Shown: in pieces, positions 47,910 through 59,974 of the stretch
Layout: every line of letters starts with the position of its first letter
Position numbering within the stretch: position 1 is the stretch's first letter
Position numbers and translations under genes: made by a program
Source: Smithella sp. PtaU1.Bin162
GTDB taxonomy: Bacteria; Desulfobacterota; Syntrophia; Syntrophales; Smithellaceae
Reading direction: 5' to 3'
DNA: 64,000 bases
Assembly: GCA_002068015.1 (NCBI GenBank)
Contig: MVRV01000039.1
Location: 755-64,754, forward strand
Notes under the pieces: model-generated
The model's input: the letters and a program-made list of their open reading frames with translations, nothing else
Database searches by the model: none
What the model was told of the DNA's origin: nothing

Positions 47910-48323
47910 ATGGCTGGTTTTAACCTTATTCATTGGGATCAAAAATATACGGTGCATGTAGATGCGATCGATCAGCAGCATCAAAAACTATTTGATATCA
48001 TCAATGATTTGATCGGCAGATACGAGGAAAACGAAAAGAAATGCTACGACATAATTGAACAACTGGTGGATTTTTTAGCGGAGCATTTTCGTGTGGAGAG
48101 GCGGCTGATGCTGGAAATAAATTATCCGGCTTTTGCAGCGCATATGCAGCAGCATGATAATTTTATGAATAAGATGGAGGAATTTATTAAAGCCTGCCGT
48201 TCCGGTGAAAATATTACGGCTGAGATGCTGGCTTTTTTAGAAAACTGGATATTTACTCATACAACAAATGTTGATACCAAATACGGCGAATACTTATTGA
48301 AAATCCGGCCCAAGGGAAAATGA
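47910..48323 (+). CDS. Hemerythrin-like metal-binding protein (bacteriohemerythrin)
   Basis: W...Y.V....ID.QH..LF N-terminus. HF..EE, H...H and W...HI-type ligand motifs. Confidence 0.88.
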   Translation: MAGFNLIHWDQKYTVHVDAIDQQHQKLFDIINDLIGRYEENEKKCYDIIEQLVDFLAEHFRVERRLMLEINYPAFAAHMQQHDNFMNKMEEFIKACRSGENITAEMLAFLENWIFTHTTNVDTKYGEYLLKIRPKGK

Positions 48324-48657
48324 TACTTATGGCCGGATTGCTGTAATGCTTTATTCTTAATAATTTACTTTTTTTGCGGCAAGACCGCCTTGTCAGTGCG
48401 CTGCATCTGTTCTTTTCAGCGGCGGCCTTTATTCGTTCTGCAATATCTTTAAGGACTGAATCTACGAGTTCACGGAGTGTTTCTGTTTTGTGATAATTCC
48501 CCCTTCTCTGATTTCAGCTGAGATAACTGATCGGCTTCTTTTTTGAGGGAGGCCGTTAAGTGTTGACGTCGCGGATTTTACCCTTAATATAGATTATCAT
48601 TGACATTGCGGCAAAAAATATGCTCTTGTCGGCAAGGTTATCCAAGGAGAGTAAGTT

Positions 48658-50016
48658 TTGAAAAAAAGCAAAACAGGCTTCGTCTGCCAGCATTGCGGTT
48701 ATATGTCGCCCAAGTGGTTAGGCAAATGTCCGTCCTGCAACGGTTGGAATTGCTTTGCCGAGGAGCTGCTTCCTGAGCCGGAATCCGGTGGCCGTGCAGA
48801 AATGAAGTTTGGCGGCAACCCGATGCCGATCGAAGAAATACCGGTTCAGGAGGGCGAGAGAGCCATAACCGGGATTGTCGAAATAGACAGGGTTCTGGGC
48901 GGAGGTATTGTAAACGGATCGGCAGTATTGCTCGGTGGTGAACCGGGCATCGGTAAGTCCACGCTCATGCTGCAGATTATGAAAAATCTGGCGCAGGCCG
49001 GGCGCAAAGTTCTCTATATTTCCGGTGAAGAATCGGCCAGTCAGATTAAATTGCGCAGCAGTCGCATCGGCGCATCGGCGAAGAATTTGCTGGTGCTGGT
49101 TGAGGTTTCTTTAGAAAGAATTCTGGAGCAAATAAAGGCGACGAGTCCCGCCGTAGTTGTTATTGATTCGATTCAAACGGTTTATTCGGCTGATCTGATG
49201 TCTGCTCCGGGCAGTGTGGGGCAGGTGCGGGAAGCTTCTTCCCGCCTGATTCTTTTCTCCAAAAAAAACAATATTCCTGTCTTTTTAATCGGTCATGTAA
49301 CCAAGGATGGTTCCATCGCCGGTCCCAAAGTTCTGGAACATATGGTGGATACTGTTCTTTATTTTGAGGGTGATTCCGGCCATGCTTACCGGATTATCCG
49401 CAGTATCAAAAACCGTTTCGGTCCGGCCAATGAAATCGGTGTTTTTGAAATGCAGGACAAGGGACTCCAGGAAGTACCCAATCCTTCCGCTTTTTTCCTG
49501 GCGGAACGGCCACAGGATGTTGCTGGTTCGGTTGTTGTGCCGAGTCTTGAAGGTACCCGGCCGATTCTTGTCGAAATTCAGGCACTGGTCAGTTCAACCA
49601 ACCTGGGCATGCCGAGGCGTACGGCGATAGGCGTGGATCATAACCGGGTATCGCTTCTGGTTGCCGTACTGGATAAGATATGCGGCCTGCACTTGGGCGG
49701 TTCGGATATCTTTATTAACGTTGCCGGAGGTGTCCGGGTGGAAGAACCGGCGGTCGATCTGGGCATCGTTGCCGCTATGGCCTCGAGTTTTCTGGACCGT
49801 CCGATCGACTCCCACACTGTTGTTTTGGGTGAAGTCGGACTTGCCGGAGAAGTACGGGCAATTTCGCAGATGGAAGTACGAATAAAGGAAGCCGCCCGTT
49901 TAGGCTTTAACCGCGCTTTGGTACCGAAGACAAAATTATCCCACAATACCTCCGGACCCCGGATGTCAGTCATCACCGTTAACTCGCTCCGAGAATTGCT
50001 CGAAAATTTATTTTAA
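48658..50016 (+). CDS. radA: DNA repair protein RadA/Sms
   Basis: N-terminal zinc ribbon CQHCGY..CPSC. Walker A GEPGIGKST. KNRFG motif. Lon-like C-terminus. TTG start after AAGGAGAG. Confidence 0.95.
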   Translation: MKKSKTGFVCQHCGYMSPKWLGKCPSCNGWNCFAEELLPEPESGGRAEMKFGGNPMPIEEIPVQEGERAITGIVEIDRVLGGGIVNGSAVLLGGEPGIGKSTLMLQIMKNLAQAGRKVLYISGEESASQIKLRSSRIGASAKNLLVLVEVSLERILEQIKATSPAVVVIDSIQTVYSADLMSAPGSVGQVREASSRLILFSKKNNIPVFLIGHVTKDGSIAGPKVLEHMVDTVLYFEGDSGHAYRIIRSIKNRFGPANEIGVFEMQDKGLQEVPNPSAFFLAERPQDVAGSVVVPSLEGTRPILVEIQALVSSTNLGMPRRTAIGVDHNRVSLLVAVLDKICGLHLGGSDIFINVAGGVRVEEPAVDLGIVAAMASSFLDRPIDSHTVVLGEVGLAGEVRAISQMEVRIKEAARLGFNRALVPKTKLSHNTSGPRMSVITVNSLRELLENLF

Positions 50017-50192
50017 TAATGGTTAAAATTATCTGTGATTGTGCAGTATTTGGTTTTAAATGTATTATTTTATCAATGAATTTAACTAAAAATTTTGCAT
50101 AAACCTTGACACAAGGGAAATAATGCATAATATATCGCCGCTTGGCAGCAATAATATATGAATTAAAAAAATCAGAAAGGAGAGGAAAACGC

Positions 50193-50483
50193 ATGAAAAT
50201 CAGACCTTTACAGGATAGAATCATTGTAAAACGTTTGGAAGAAGAGCAAAAAACCAAAGGGGGAATCATTATTCCGGATACGGCAAAAGAAAAACCGATC
50301 GAGGGCAAAGTCATTGCAGTCGGCAAAGGGAAAGTAGCCGATGACGGTAAATTAATCAAACCGGAAGTCAGTGTCGGGGATAAAGTCCTTTTCAGCAAAT
50401 ACGGCGGAACCGAAGTTAAGATTGACGGCCAGGAATACCTGATCATGAGGGAAGAAGACATTTTAGGCATTATTGAAAAATAA
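50193..50483 (+). CDS. groES: Co-chaperonin GroES
   Basis: [27 protein letters not shown]. Shine-Dalgarno sequence AAAGGAGAGG. Confidence 0.95.
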   Translation: MKIRPLQDRIIVKRLEEEQKTKGGIIIPDTAKEKPIEGKVIAVGKGKVADDGKLIKPEVSVGDKVLFSKYGGTEVKIDGQEYLIMREEDILGIIEK

Positions 50484-50491
50484 GAATATAA

Positions 50492-52150
<1,659 letters not shown>

Positions 52151-52192
52151 GAAATCAGGCTGAAGGCTAGAGGCTGAATGTCGGAAAGTTAA

Positions 52193-52226
52193 AGCCCCCT
52201 GTTCCAATGAGCAGGGGGCTTTTTTA
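52193..52226. terminator. Bidirectional rho-independent terminator between groEL and the convergent MFS gene
   Basis: agccccctg (52193-52201) pairs with cagggggct (52212-52220). T run downstream and A run upstream. Confidence 0.8.
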
Positions 52227-53474
52227 TTGAGTCGATCCGTATTGTCTGCCTTTTTTTAAAGTCAGCATGGCCAGAGTAATGAAAATCAGCACGATTATAT
52301 TAATTATCCAGAGATAACCGTAGGAACCGGCAAAATCGTAGATGAAGCCGCCCAGAAACGGACCGATGCTTCCTCCCAGGCCGATAAAGAATGTCAAAAG
52401 ACCGTAAATTGATCCCAAAACCTGTCTGCCGAAGCGGTCGGCGGCGATAATAGGTATTGCGGGAGCCAGTGAACCGTACCCGAATCCGTAAATGAGCGCG
52501 TAAAAATAGAGTTCGCCGACACTGCGTGCATTTATAAGCAGGATCATGCCGATCAGCATAAACGTGGTGCCCAGACTGAAAGAGTATTTCGGATCTTTGA
52601 TATGATCGGAGAGCCAGCCGAAAAAGAACTGGCCGATAAATCCGGTAAAACTGATTGCCGCGAGAGAAGTGGCTGCTGCAAGCTTGCCGATTCCATTATC
52701 CGTGGCATAGGCAACCTGATGGACGAAGACGGACATAGAGACCATAAAAGCCAGCCCCTGGCAAACGGCCAGTGTCCAGAAACGTGAATCTTTAAAAAGA
52801 ACCAGAGTGGAAATTTTATAAAAAGCCGGCGATAAGGATATTTGATGAGGAATGGCTGTTTTATCCCCATCGGGCAGCAGTCCGTGTGCCTCCGGGTTTG
52901 TTTTGCGCATAAGTGTTTGCGAGACGATAAGGCCGACCAGGAAAGTAATTATTCCCAGAACGATAAGTCCCGTCCGCCAGTTGAAAAAGTTTACAATGTA
53001 GCCCGCAAGGGGAGTGAGAACAATGGTTCCAAAGCTTATTCCCATGGAAGTAAGGCCTATGGCCAGTCCCCGTTTTTTAATAAACCATTTACCTACGGAG
53101 GAAGTGCAGGTGACAACGCCCATACCGGTTGTTCCCAGACCGACCATCAAACCGTAGGTGATGTAGAACCCAAGAGGGGAGCTGACAAAGCCGGTAAGAA
53201 TATAACCGCAGGCGGAAAGAGTGGCTCCCGCCGTTATTATCCAGCGTGGAGCGATGCGATCGAGCATCCGGCCGACAAAAATCGCACCTACGGCATAAAG
53301 AAGAATATTGATGGTTGCCGCCAGAGATATTACCGAGCGGGACAGAGCGAATTCCTCGGTCATCGGTTTGAGAAAAACGCCGAAACAGTAACGGGCGCCA
53401 TAGTTGATACCCATTACAAGAAATGCACCGGCAACGATGAACCAGCCCCAGAAAATTTTCCGATCTTTTACCAT
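52224..53474 (-). CDS. MFS transporter (oxalate/formate antiporter-like)
   Basis: 416 aa, about 12 TM helices and MFS loop motifs (GRMLDRIAPR). Confidence 0.8.
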   Translation of the reverse strand: MVKDRKIFWGWFIVAGAFLVMGINYGARYCFGVFLKPMTEEFALSRSVISLAATINILLYAVGAIFVGRMLDRIAPRWIITAGATLSACGYILTGFVSSPLGFYITYGLMVGLGTTGMGVVTCTSSVGKWFIKKRGLAIGLTSMGISFGTIVLTPLAGYIVNFFNWRTGLIVLGIITFLVGLIVSQTLMRKTNPEAHGLLPDGDKTAIPHQISLSPAFYKISTLVLFKDSRFWTLAVCQGLAFMVSMSVFVHQVAYATDNGIGKLAAATSLAAISFTGFIGQFFFGWLSDHIKDPKYSFSLGTTFMLIGMILLINARSVGELYFYALIYGFGYGSLAPAIPIIAADRFGRQVLGSIYGLLTFFIGLGGSIGPFLGGFIYDFAGSYGYLWIINIIVLIFITLAMLTLKKGRQYGSTQ

Positions 53475-53678
53475 GTTTATATTTACAGATTAATGTAAGG
53501 ATTAAGCAAGTACATTTTTTTGCTGCTTCCTTTACCATTAAAGTGCTTTATGGTACATGTAAAAAAATAGAAAGCTGGTTAATCAAGAGGTATAATTATT
53601 AAAAAAGATAAACATTTTTTTCCTTCACGGGGAAATTTTACTGCAAGAAGACACCGGCGAAAAGTTCATCCCCATCCG

Positions 53679-55676
53679 ATGAAGCCGGACATTGATCCTG
53701 TGTTGAAAAAGGTATTGGCACAGATCGGCAAACCTCCTGCGGTTCCTTTTGTTCCCGACAAATTTCAGACGGATGCCCTGCAGGCGATTAGAAAAACAGA
53801 CTGTCTGGTCATTGCCCCTACCGGTTCCGGCAAAACATGGATTGCCCGCGAAGCGATTTTGTCGGTGCTCAAAAATGGAGGCAGAGCTTGGTATGCTTCA
53901 CCGCTGAAGGCGCTTTCCAATTCCAAATGGATCGAATTCGGACTTCATTTCGACACTGCGAATGTGGGTATTATTACCGGAGACACCAAGGAAAATACGG
54001 AAGCGCCCATTATTGTCGGTACAACGGAAATATTGCGCAATCAGCTCTACGATGCCATGCATCAGGGAAAAGATTTGAATTGTGATCTGATTATTCTCGA
54101 TGAGGCTCATTTTCTGGGCGATCCGGACCGCGGTGTTGTCTGGGAGGAAATAATGATTTACCTTCCGGTGCGGGTTAATCTGCTGCTGCTTTCGGCAACT
54201 GTCGGAAATGGTGAGGAGATTGCACGGTGGCTCACGAGCATTCGCAAAAAGCATTGTGTGGTAATTTCGGAAGAAAAGCGTCCGGTGCCACTGCATCCCC
54301 TTTTTCTGCATCCTTCGGGCAGGCTTATGCCGTTTTTAGAAGGCAAAAACTTCTCCTCACCGGTTGCCGATTTCCTGAAGAAAGAATCCGGCCGTAAGAT
54401 TGCTCACCGGCACATGCCTGAATACGGTGGCATAATCAGAGTTCTGGAGCGGTTTAACCTGCTGCCGGCGATTTTTTTTCTGAAATCACGTGCGGAATGT
54501 GATGCCGCTTTGACGGCAAAGAATTTTCTTGCCGCGCTGCCTTACTCTGATGAATTTAATTATTCTCTGGAAGAGTTGCTGGGGCGTTTTCCTTCTTTGC
54601 GCAACCACCGGCAGTTGAAGGCGCTGCAGTCCTTCGGCATTGCCGCTCATCACGGCGGTCAGCTGCCGGCCTGGAAGCTGTTAATTGAGGAGATGATGAA
54701 CAGGGGTAATCTGCGGGTGATTTTTGCGACATCCACGATTGCCGCCGGAGTGAATTTCCCGGCGCGGACAATTGTGCTTTTTAATTCGGATTTGTTTAAC
54801 GGTCATGATTTTCAGCCGATGTCGGCAACTGAATTCCGGCAAATGACCGGCCGGGCGGGAAGGCGCGGGCAGGATAAAATTGGCTTTATGCTGGGGATTT
54901 CCGGAAAATTTATGGATTTGCACCATATCCGGCGGTTACTATTTAAGGCGCCGGAAGATATTGTCAGCCGGCTGAAAAATGATTTCTCCATGACTCTGAA
55001 CCTGCTGATGTCGCAGACGCCTGCCGATATTCGGAAAATATTTGAAAGATCACTGGCTGCTTATCAGCAAAGTGGAGAATGTCATAGCCCGTCGCCTGTA
55101 GCGGCTAAAACACTCTGGACTGATTTTTGCCGTTATCTGGATTTCCTGCAGGCGGAAGGATTTGTAAGTGCGGACGGCAGGCTTACCGCCGATGGTTTCT
55201 GGGCGGCAAAACTCAGGCTTGATTATCCGCTGCTCGTGGCGGAATGCTTGCGGCGGCAGTCTTTTCCCGGCCAGGAGGAAAGAATTCTGGCGGCGCTTGT
55301 TTCCGTCTTTGCTTATGATCGTGATAATGAAATTAATATTGCAGTAAAAGACCTGCCGTCAAAACTCACAGCGGCGTTAAAAAAAGTATTGCTCACTGTC
55401 CGTCCGCTGATGCGCCGTCTCCAGTCGGCAGGTTTTGTAACACCAAAACTTTATCCGGCGGCCGGAGTTGCCTTATATTACTGGGCGCAGGGGCGCAGCT
55501 GGGAAAGTGTGATTAAAGCGACAGGTTTTGCCGAAGGTGATATGGCGACGCTTATTTTGCGGACGGCGGATAATCTGAGACAAATAGCGTCACTGAAAGA
55601 TACCTATCCGGATGTGGCCGCCTGTGCGTATCGGGCGAGGGAGGCTATACTGCGTGAACCCGTCCTTTTCCTGTAG
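53679..55676 (+). CDS. Superfamily 2 DEAD/DEAH-box helicase, Ski2-like
   Basis: Motif I APTGSGKT, motif II DEAH, SAT, HHGG, and TSTIAAGVNFPA..QM.GRAGRRG. Confidence 0.8.
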   Translation: MKPDIDPVLKKVLAQIGKPPAVPFVPDKFQTDALQAIRKTDCLVIAPTGSGKTWIAREAILSVLKNGGRAWYASPLKALSNSKWIEFGLHFDTANVGIITGDTKENTEAPIIVGTTEILRNQLYDAMHQGKDLNCDLIILDEAHFLGDPDRGVVWEEIMIYLPVRVNLLLLSATVGNGEEIARWLTSIRKKHCVVISEEKRPVPLHPLFLHPSGRLMPFLEGKNFSSPVADFLKKESGRKIAHRHMPEYGGIIRVLERFNLLPAIFFLKSRAECDAALTAKNFLAALPYSDEFNYSLEELLGRFPSLRNHRQLKALQSFGIAAHHGGQLPAWKLLIEEMMNRGNLRVIFATSTIAAGVNFPARTIVLFNSDLFNGHDFQPMSATEFRQMTGRAGRRGQDKIGFMLGISGKFMDLHHIRRLLFKAPEDIVSRLKNDFSMTLNLLMSQTPADIRKIFERSLAAYQQSGECHSPSPVAAKTLWTDFCRYLDFLQAEGFVSADGRLTADGFWAAKLRLDYPLLVAECLRRQSFPGQEERILAALVSVFAYDRDNEINIAVKDLPSKLTAALKKVLLTVRPLMRRLQSAGFVTPKLYPAAGVALYYWAQGRSWESVIKATGFAEGDMATLILRTADNLRQIASLKDTYPDVAACAYRAREAILREPVLFL

Positions 55677-55990
55677 GCGTGCTGCTGAAAAATACCAATC
55701 TGCGGCGTTGTGCTCCGGTTTAGTCACTGCGGCCTACGCTAAAAGTAGGCCTCATTCCTAAATCCTCGCACGCCTTGCATCTGGGCATTTTTGAGCAGCC
55801 CGAAAAATGTGAGTAGATGTGACTCGGAGGCCTTGCATCTAGGCACGTTTGAATAGCCCTGAAAAAAAGAAGTGCATAATCGAATTTGTCATTGCCCGGT
55901 CAAGCCGGGCAATGACAAAAAAGAGTGCGTCTTGCAATAACGCTGCTTCCGTCATTTCCTTGCGAAGTGTAATGAGACAAGGAAATACAG
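55677..55990. repeat. Cluster of short intergenic repeats and long perfect hairpins
   Basis: Direct repeats gccttgcatctgggcatttttgagcagccc (55772-) and gccttgcatctaggcacgtttgaatagccc (55830-). An inverted partial copy lies at 55678-55697. A 15-bp perfect hairpin pairs tttgtcattgcccgg (55885-55899) with ccgggcaatgacaaa (55905-55919). A second hairpin pairs atttccttg (55953-55961) with caaggaaat (55978-55986). Confidence 0.75.
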
Positions 55991-56111
55991 TAAGCAATGC
56001 GAAACAGGTTGATAACATCATTAAATTAAAGTATTAATCACCTTCGATATTTTTTCAGGTAAACAGATCCGACACAACAAACTATTCAACAGATTATGAA
56101 TCAGGCCGCCT

Positions 56112-57476
56112 ATGGAAAATTTAAAAAGGAAAGAACCGACAACCATCAATACCCTACGGGATCTGATCAGCCAAAACCGCGAATTTGACATTATTGATCT
56201 CTTTTCCGATATGCATCCGGCGGATATAGCTGATCTTATCGATGAACTTGAAGAAGAAGACCGCTTGCATCTTTTTTCGCTTTTGGATGTCAACACGGCC
56301 TCCGACGTTATTCTGGAGCTTTCGGATACTTCCCGCGAGCAAATTATCGATGAACTCTCCAATGAAAAACTCACCGATATCATCGAAGAGATGGAGTCGG
56401 ATGACAAGGCGGATATTATTGCCGAGTTATCCCATGATCAGGCCAAAGCGGTTCTCGAATCCATTGAACCGGAAGAATCTCAGGAAGTAAAAGAACTCCT
56501 CAAATATGCCGAAGACACGGCCGGCGGTATCATGCAGTCGGAGCTGGTATCGGTAGGGGAGAAGGCGACCATTAACGATGCATTCCAGGCCGTTGTGAAT
56601 GCCAAAGATGAAGTAGAACACATTAATAACATCTTTGTCGTAGATGAAAAAAACAGACTGATGGGCACGGTTCCCCTGCAGAGATTAATTACCACAAAGC
56701 GTTTTACGCCGATTAAGGAGATGATTGACGAAGATATTCCAAGTGTCAATGCCCAGATGGATCAGGAAGAAGTCGCCCGCCTGTTTAAGAAATACGATCT
56801 TGTTTCGGTCGGTGTTGTGGATGATCAACACCATCTGCTGGGGCGAATTACCATCGACGATGTCATGGATACGGTCCAGGAAGAAACATCCGAAGATATT
56901 TATCGCATCGCCGGCCTCGGTCAGGACGATACTGTTTTTAATAAAACCACTGCGTCGGTTAAAAAAAGACTTCCCTGGCTCTATCTCAATCTGCTGACTG
57001 CTCTTGCTTCGGTGCTGGTTATAGGTTTTTTCGAGGATACGATTAAAATCATGGTTGCGTTGGTTTTTTTCATGCCGGTTGTGGCGGGCTTGGGCGGCAA
57101 TGCCGGCAGTCAGGCGCTAACCTTGATTGTTCGGGGAATGGCTCTGGGAGAAATAACATTTGAAAACGCCAGACGGGCTCTCTTGCGGCAGATAACCGTT
57201 GGAATCGCCAATGGTATTTTGGTTGGTGTTGTTATCGGTATTATCGGCTGGTTCTGGAAGGGGCTGCCTATTCTGGGGCTGATCCTCGCTCTGGCCATGA
57301 TCATTAGCATTTTTGCCGGGACACTGGTGGGAGCTTTAATCCCGCTGGTACTCAGGCGTTTGAAACTGGATCCGGCTCTCGGTTCACATATTTTTCTGAC
57401 GGCGTTTACCGATGCTTTCGGTTTTCTGTCCTTTCTGGGGCTGGCAACAATTTTCTTAAAACTTCTAAACAAATAG
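56112..57476 (+). CDS. mgtE: Magnesium transporter MgtE
   Basis: N-domain, tandem CBS domains, and a TM domain with the GGNAGSQ motif. Confidence 0.93.
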   Translation: MENLKRKEPTTINTLRDLISQNREFDIIDLFSDMHPADIADLIDELEEEDRLHLFSLLDVNTASDVILELSDTSREQIIDELSNEKLTDIIEEMESDDKADIIAELSHDQAKAVLESIEPEESQEVKELLKYAEDTAGGIMQSELVSVGEKATINDAFQAVVNAKDEVEHINNIFVVDEKNRLMGTVPLQRLITTKRFTPIKEMIDEDIPSVNAQMDQEEVARLFKKYDLVSVGVVDDQHHLLGRITIDDVMDTVQEETSEDIYRIAGLGQDDTVFNKTTASVKKRLPWLYLNLLTALASVLVIGFFEDTIKIMVALVFFMPVVAGLGGNAGSQALTLIVRGMALGEITFENARRALLRQITVGIANGILVGVVIGIIGWFWKGLPILGLILALAMIISIFAGTLVGALIPLVLRRLKLDPALGSHIFLTAFTDAFGFLSFLGLATIFLKLLNK

Positions 57477-57926
57477 GTGGACGCTGTTAACTTATGCTTC
57501 CTCAGAAAGAGAACAGCCAACGTTTTTCAACAACCTGTTCAACAGTCCTCATTCCCGTTTCCATAATTTTTTTCACAAAGTAATCGCTGTCGATGAAGTC
57601 TTCCGGGGCGAAACGGTGGCGGGGAGATGTTGTTGAACTGCAAGGTAAGTTTGCGGATTTTGTTTTTACCTTCAAAAGCGTGTTATTTTAATAACGTGGG
57701 CTGATTATTTGCCAAGATAATTTTTATTTAGTTTTTCGATTAAATCTATATCGTCCATTATACTGCACTAGAGGTAAAAATTCCTTGTATATTGTTCCTA
57801 AACTCAAATATAGTTCTGCTACTAAATTGCCGCGCCGCTGGAGAGGCGGCTCCTCAATTACAACCGTTTATTGCGACACAGTCCCATAAGCCGGTGTTCT
57901 CTGCCTGACTTGGGTCTGGCCGGGCA

Positions 57927-59942
57927 ATGACAAGTGAGCAAATTATGGAAAAGTTAAAGATGATTACGGATTTTATTCCGGCTGGCGATCAGCCGCAGGC
58001 TATCGATGAATTGTCACAGGGGCTTGCCTGCGGAAAAGATCATCAGGTTCTCCTTGGTGTTACCGGTTCGGGGAAAACTTTTACGATTGCCAATGTCATC
58101 GAGCGGGCAGAGCGACCGGCGCTCATTATTGCGCATAACAAGACGCTTGCTGCGCAACTTTATGAGGAATTCAAGGGGCTTTTCCCGGAAAACGCCGTCG
58201 GATATTTCGTCAGTTATTATGATTACTATCAACCGGAAGCCTATCTGCCTGCCACTGATACCTACATTGAAAAAGATTCCGCAATTAACGAGGAGATCGA
58301 CAAGATGCGTCATGCGGCGACTTATGCTCTTTTAAGCCGCCGAGACGTTATTATTGTCGCCAGTGTTTCCTGCATTTACGGCCTCGGATCGCCCGAAGAA
58401 TATCTGGGTATGACGCTCCCTTTGGAAGTGGGCCAGGATATTCCCCGTGAAGAAGTTCTGCATCGGCTTGTGGAAATTCAGTATGAACGAAACGATATCG
58501 ATTTTCACCGCGGCACCTTCCGTGTACGCGGCGACGTGGTGGAAATATTTCCGCCTTATGAGGATGAACAGGCACTGCGGGTGGAATTCTTCGGGGATAC
58601 GATCGAAGCGATTTCTCTGATTGATCCGCTGCGGAGCAGGAAGCTCGGTGCTCTTGCTAAGACGGTTGTTTTTCCCGGCAGCCACTATGTAACCTCGAAG
58701 AACAATCTTGAAAGAGCGACCGTTGACATTCGCGCTGAACTTGCCCGAACGCTTGCCGAACTGAAAACACAAAACAAACTTCTGGAGGCACAGCGCCTCG
58801 AGCAGCGTACCAATTTTGATCTGGAAATGATGGAAGAAATGGGCTACTGCCAGGGTATTGAAAATTACTCCCGCCATCTGACGGGACGCAGGCCCGGCGA
58901 GCCGCCGCCGACACTAATGGAATATCTGCCGAAAGACGCCCTGATCATTATCGACGAGAGTCACGCCACATTGCCGCAGCTTGCAGGCATGTTCCGCGGC
59001 GACCGGTCGCGGAAGGAAACACTCGTGAAATACGGTTTCCGCCTGCCTTCGGCTTTGGATAACCGGCCGCTGACATTTGAGGAATATGAGGCGCTGCCCA
59101 ATCAACGGATTTATATTTCGGCGACACCGGCCCAGTATGAAATATCAAAAGCGCAGGGGGTGCGGGTCGAGCAAATCATTCGCCCGACGGGACTCATGGA
59201 TCCGGAGATAGAAATCAAGCCGGCCCTTCAGCAGGTGGATGATCTGCTCGAGGAAATCCGCCGGCGGATTGAAAATAAAGAAAGGGTGCTTGTTACAACA
59301 CTGACCAAGCGCATGGCGGAAAATTTAACCGATTACTACAGCGGGCTTGGCATCCGGGTGCGCTATCTGCATTCCGATATTCACACGCTGGAACGCGTCG
59401 GTATCATCCGGGATCTGCGCCTGGGCGAGTTCGATGTACTGATCGGCGTTAATCTCCTCAGGGAAGGGTTGGATATTCCCGAAGTATCGCTTGTGGCGAT
59501 ACTGGATGCCGACAAGGAAGGATTCTTACGCTCCGAGCGTTCGCTTATCCAGACGGCCGGCCGTGCCGCGCGTAATGTCGGCGGAAAAGTCATAATGTAT
59601 GCCGATAAAATTACCAGATCCATTCAGGCCTGTTTAGATGAAACAAAACGCCGCCGTGCCATCCAGCGAAAATACAATGAACAAAATAATATAACGCCCG
59701 AATCAATCAAAAAAGCGATCAGCAATGTGCTCGGTTCCATCTACGAGGCCGATTACATGACGGTACCGGTTGATACTAAATCCAAGATTGTGCCGGCCAG
59801 AGAGGAAGATTTGCCGGTCCTCATTAAAAACCTGACGGCGGAAATGAAACAGGCGGCTAAAAATCTGGAATATGAAAAAGCCGCTGCCCTGCGGGATGAA
59901 ATTAAAGAGCTCAATAAAATTATGCTGGAGATGGGCGGTTAA
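57927..59942 (+). CDS. uvrB: Excinuclease ABC subunit B
   Basis: [21 protein letters not shown], and a C-terminal UVR domain ([11 protein letters not shown]). The true start may be the ATG at 57945, because 57927 lies inside a repeat fragment. Confidence 0.95.
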   Translation: MTSEQIMEKLKMITDFIPAGDQPQAIDELSQGLACGKDHQVLLGVTGSGKTFTIANVIERAERPALIIAHNKTLAAQLYEEFKGLFPENAVGYFVSYYDYYQPEAYLPATDTYIEKDSAINEEIDKMRHAATYALLSRRDVIIVASVSCIYGLGSPEEYLGMTLPLEVGQDIPREEVLHRLVEIQYERNDIDFHRGTFRVRGDVVEIFPPYEDEQALRVEFFGDTIEAISLIDPLRSRKLGALAKTVVFPGSHYVTSKNNLERATVDIRAELARTLAELKTQNKLLEAQRLEQRTNFDLEMMEEMGYCQGIENYSRHLTGRRPGEPPPTLMEYLPKDALIIIDESHATLPQLAGMFRGDRSRKETLVKYGFRLPSALDNRPLTFEEYEALPNQRIYISATPAQYEISKAQGVRVEQIIRPTGLMDPEIEIKPALQQVDDLLEEIRRRIENKERVLVTTLTKRMAENLTDYYSGLGIRVRYLHSDIHTLERVGIIRDLRLGEFDVLIGVNLLREGLDIPEVSLVAILDADKEGFLRSERSLIQTAGRAARNVGGKVIMYADKITRSIQACLDETKRRRAIQRKYNEQNNITPESIKKAISNVLGSIYEADYMTVPVDTKSKIVPAREEDLPVLIKNLTAEMKQAAKNLEYEKAAALRDEIKELNKIMLEMGG

Positions 59943-59974
59943 AAAAGAAAAAGTTCAAAGGGAGGTTAATTTTG

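Noticed and set aside
48324-48657. Possible frameshifted coiled-coil gene on the minus strand between hemerythrin and radA
   Set aside because: The fragments (..KKEADQLSQLKSEKGEL.. and ..ETLRELVDSVLKDIAERIKAAAEK..) lie in different frames with no start codon or ribosome-binding site. The evidence is too weak to report.
50141-50156. Sigma54-like TTGGCAGCAATAATAT, and a search for a CIRCE element upstream of groES
   Set aside because: There is no GC at the -12 position with correct spacing. I could not find a TTAGCACTC-N9-GAGTGCTAA-type CIRCE inverted repeat anywhere in 50017-50192. A TTGACA-16-TAATAT sigma70-like promoter (50106-50133) is the simpler reading, though I have only low confidence in it.
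55772-55866. Possible CRISPR array
   Set aside because: There are only two imperfect direct repeats with a short, non-uniform spacer. There are no cas genes and no further repeat units.
57536-57660. Minus-strand open frame ..RFAPEDFIDSDYFVKKIMETGMRTVEQVVEKRWLFSF
   Set aside because: It looks protein-like, but it has no upstream start codon other than a late ATG giving 20 aa, no ribosome-binding site and no family I recognise. It may be a gene remnant, but I cannot support it.
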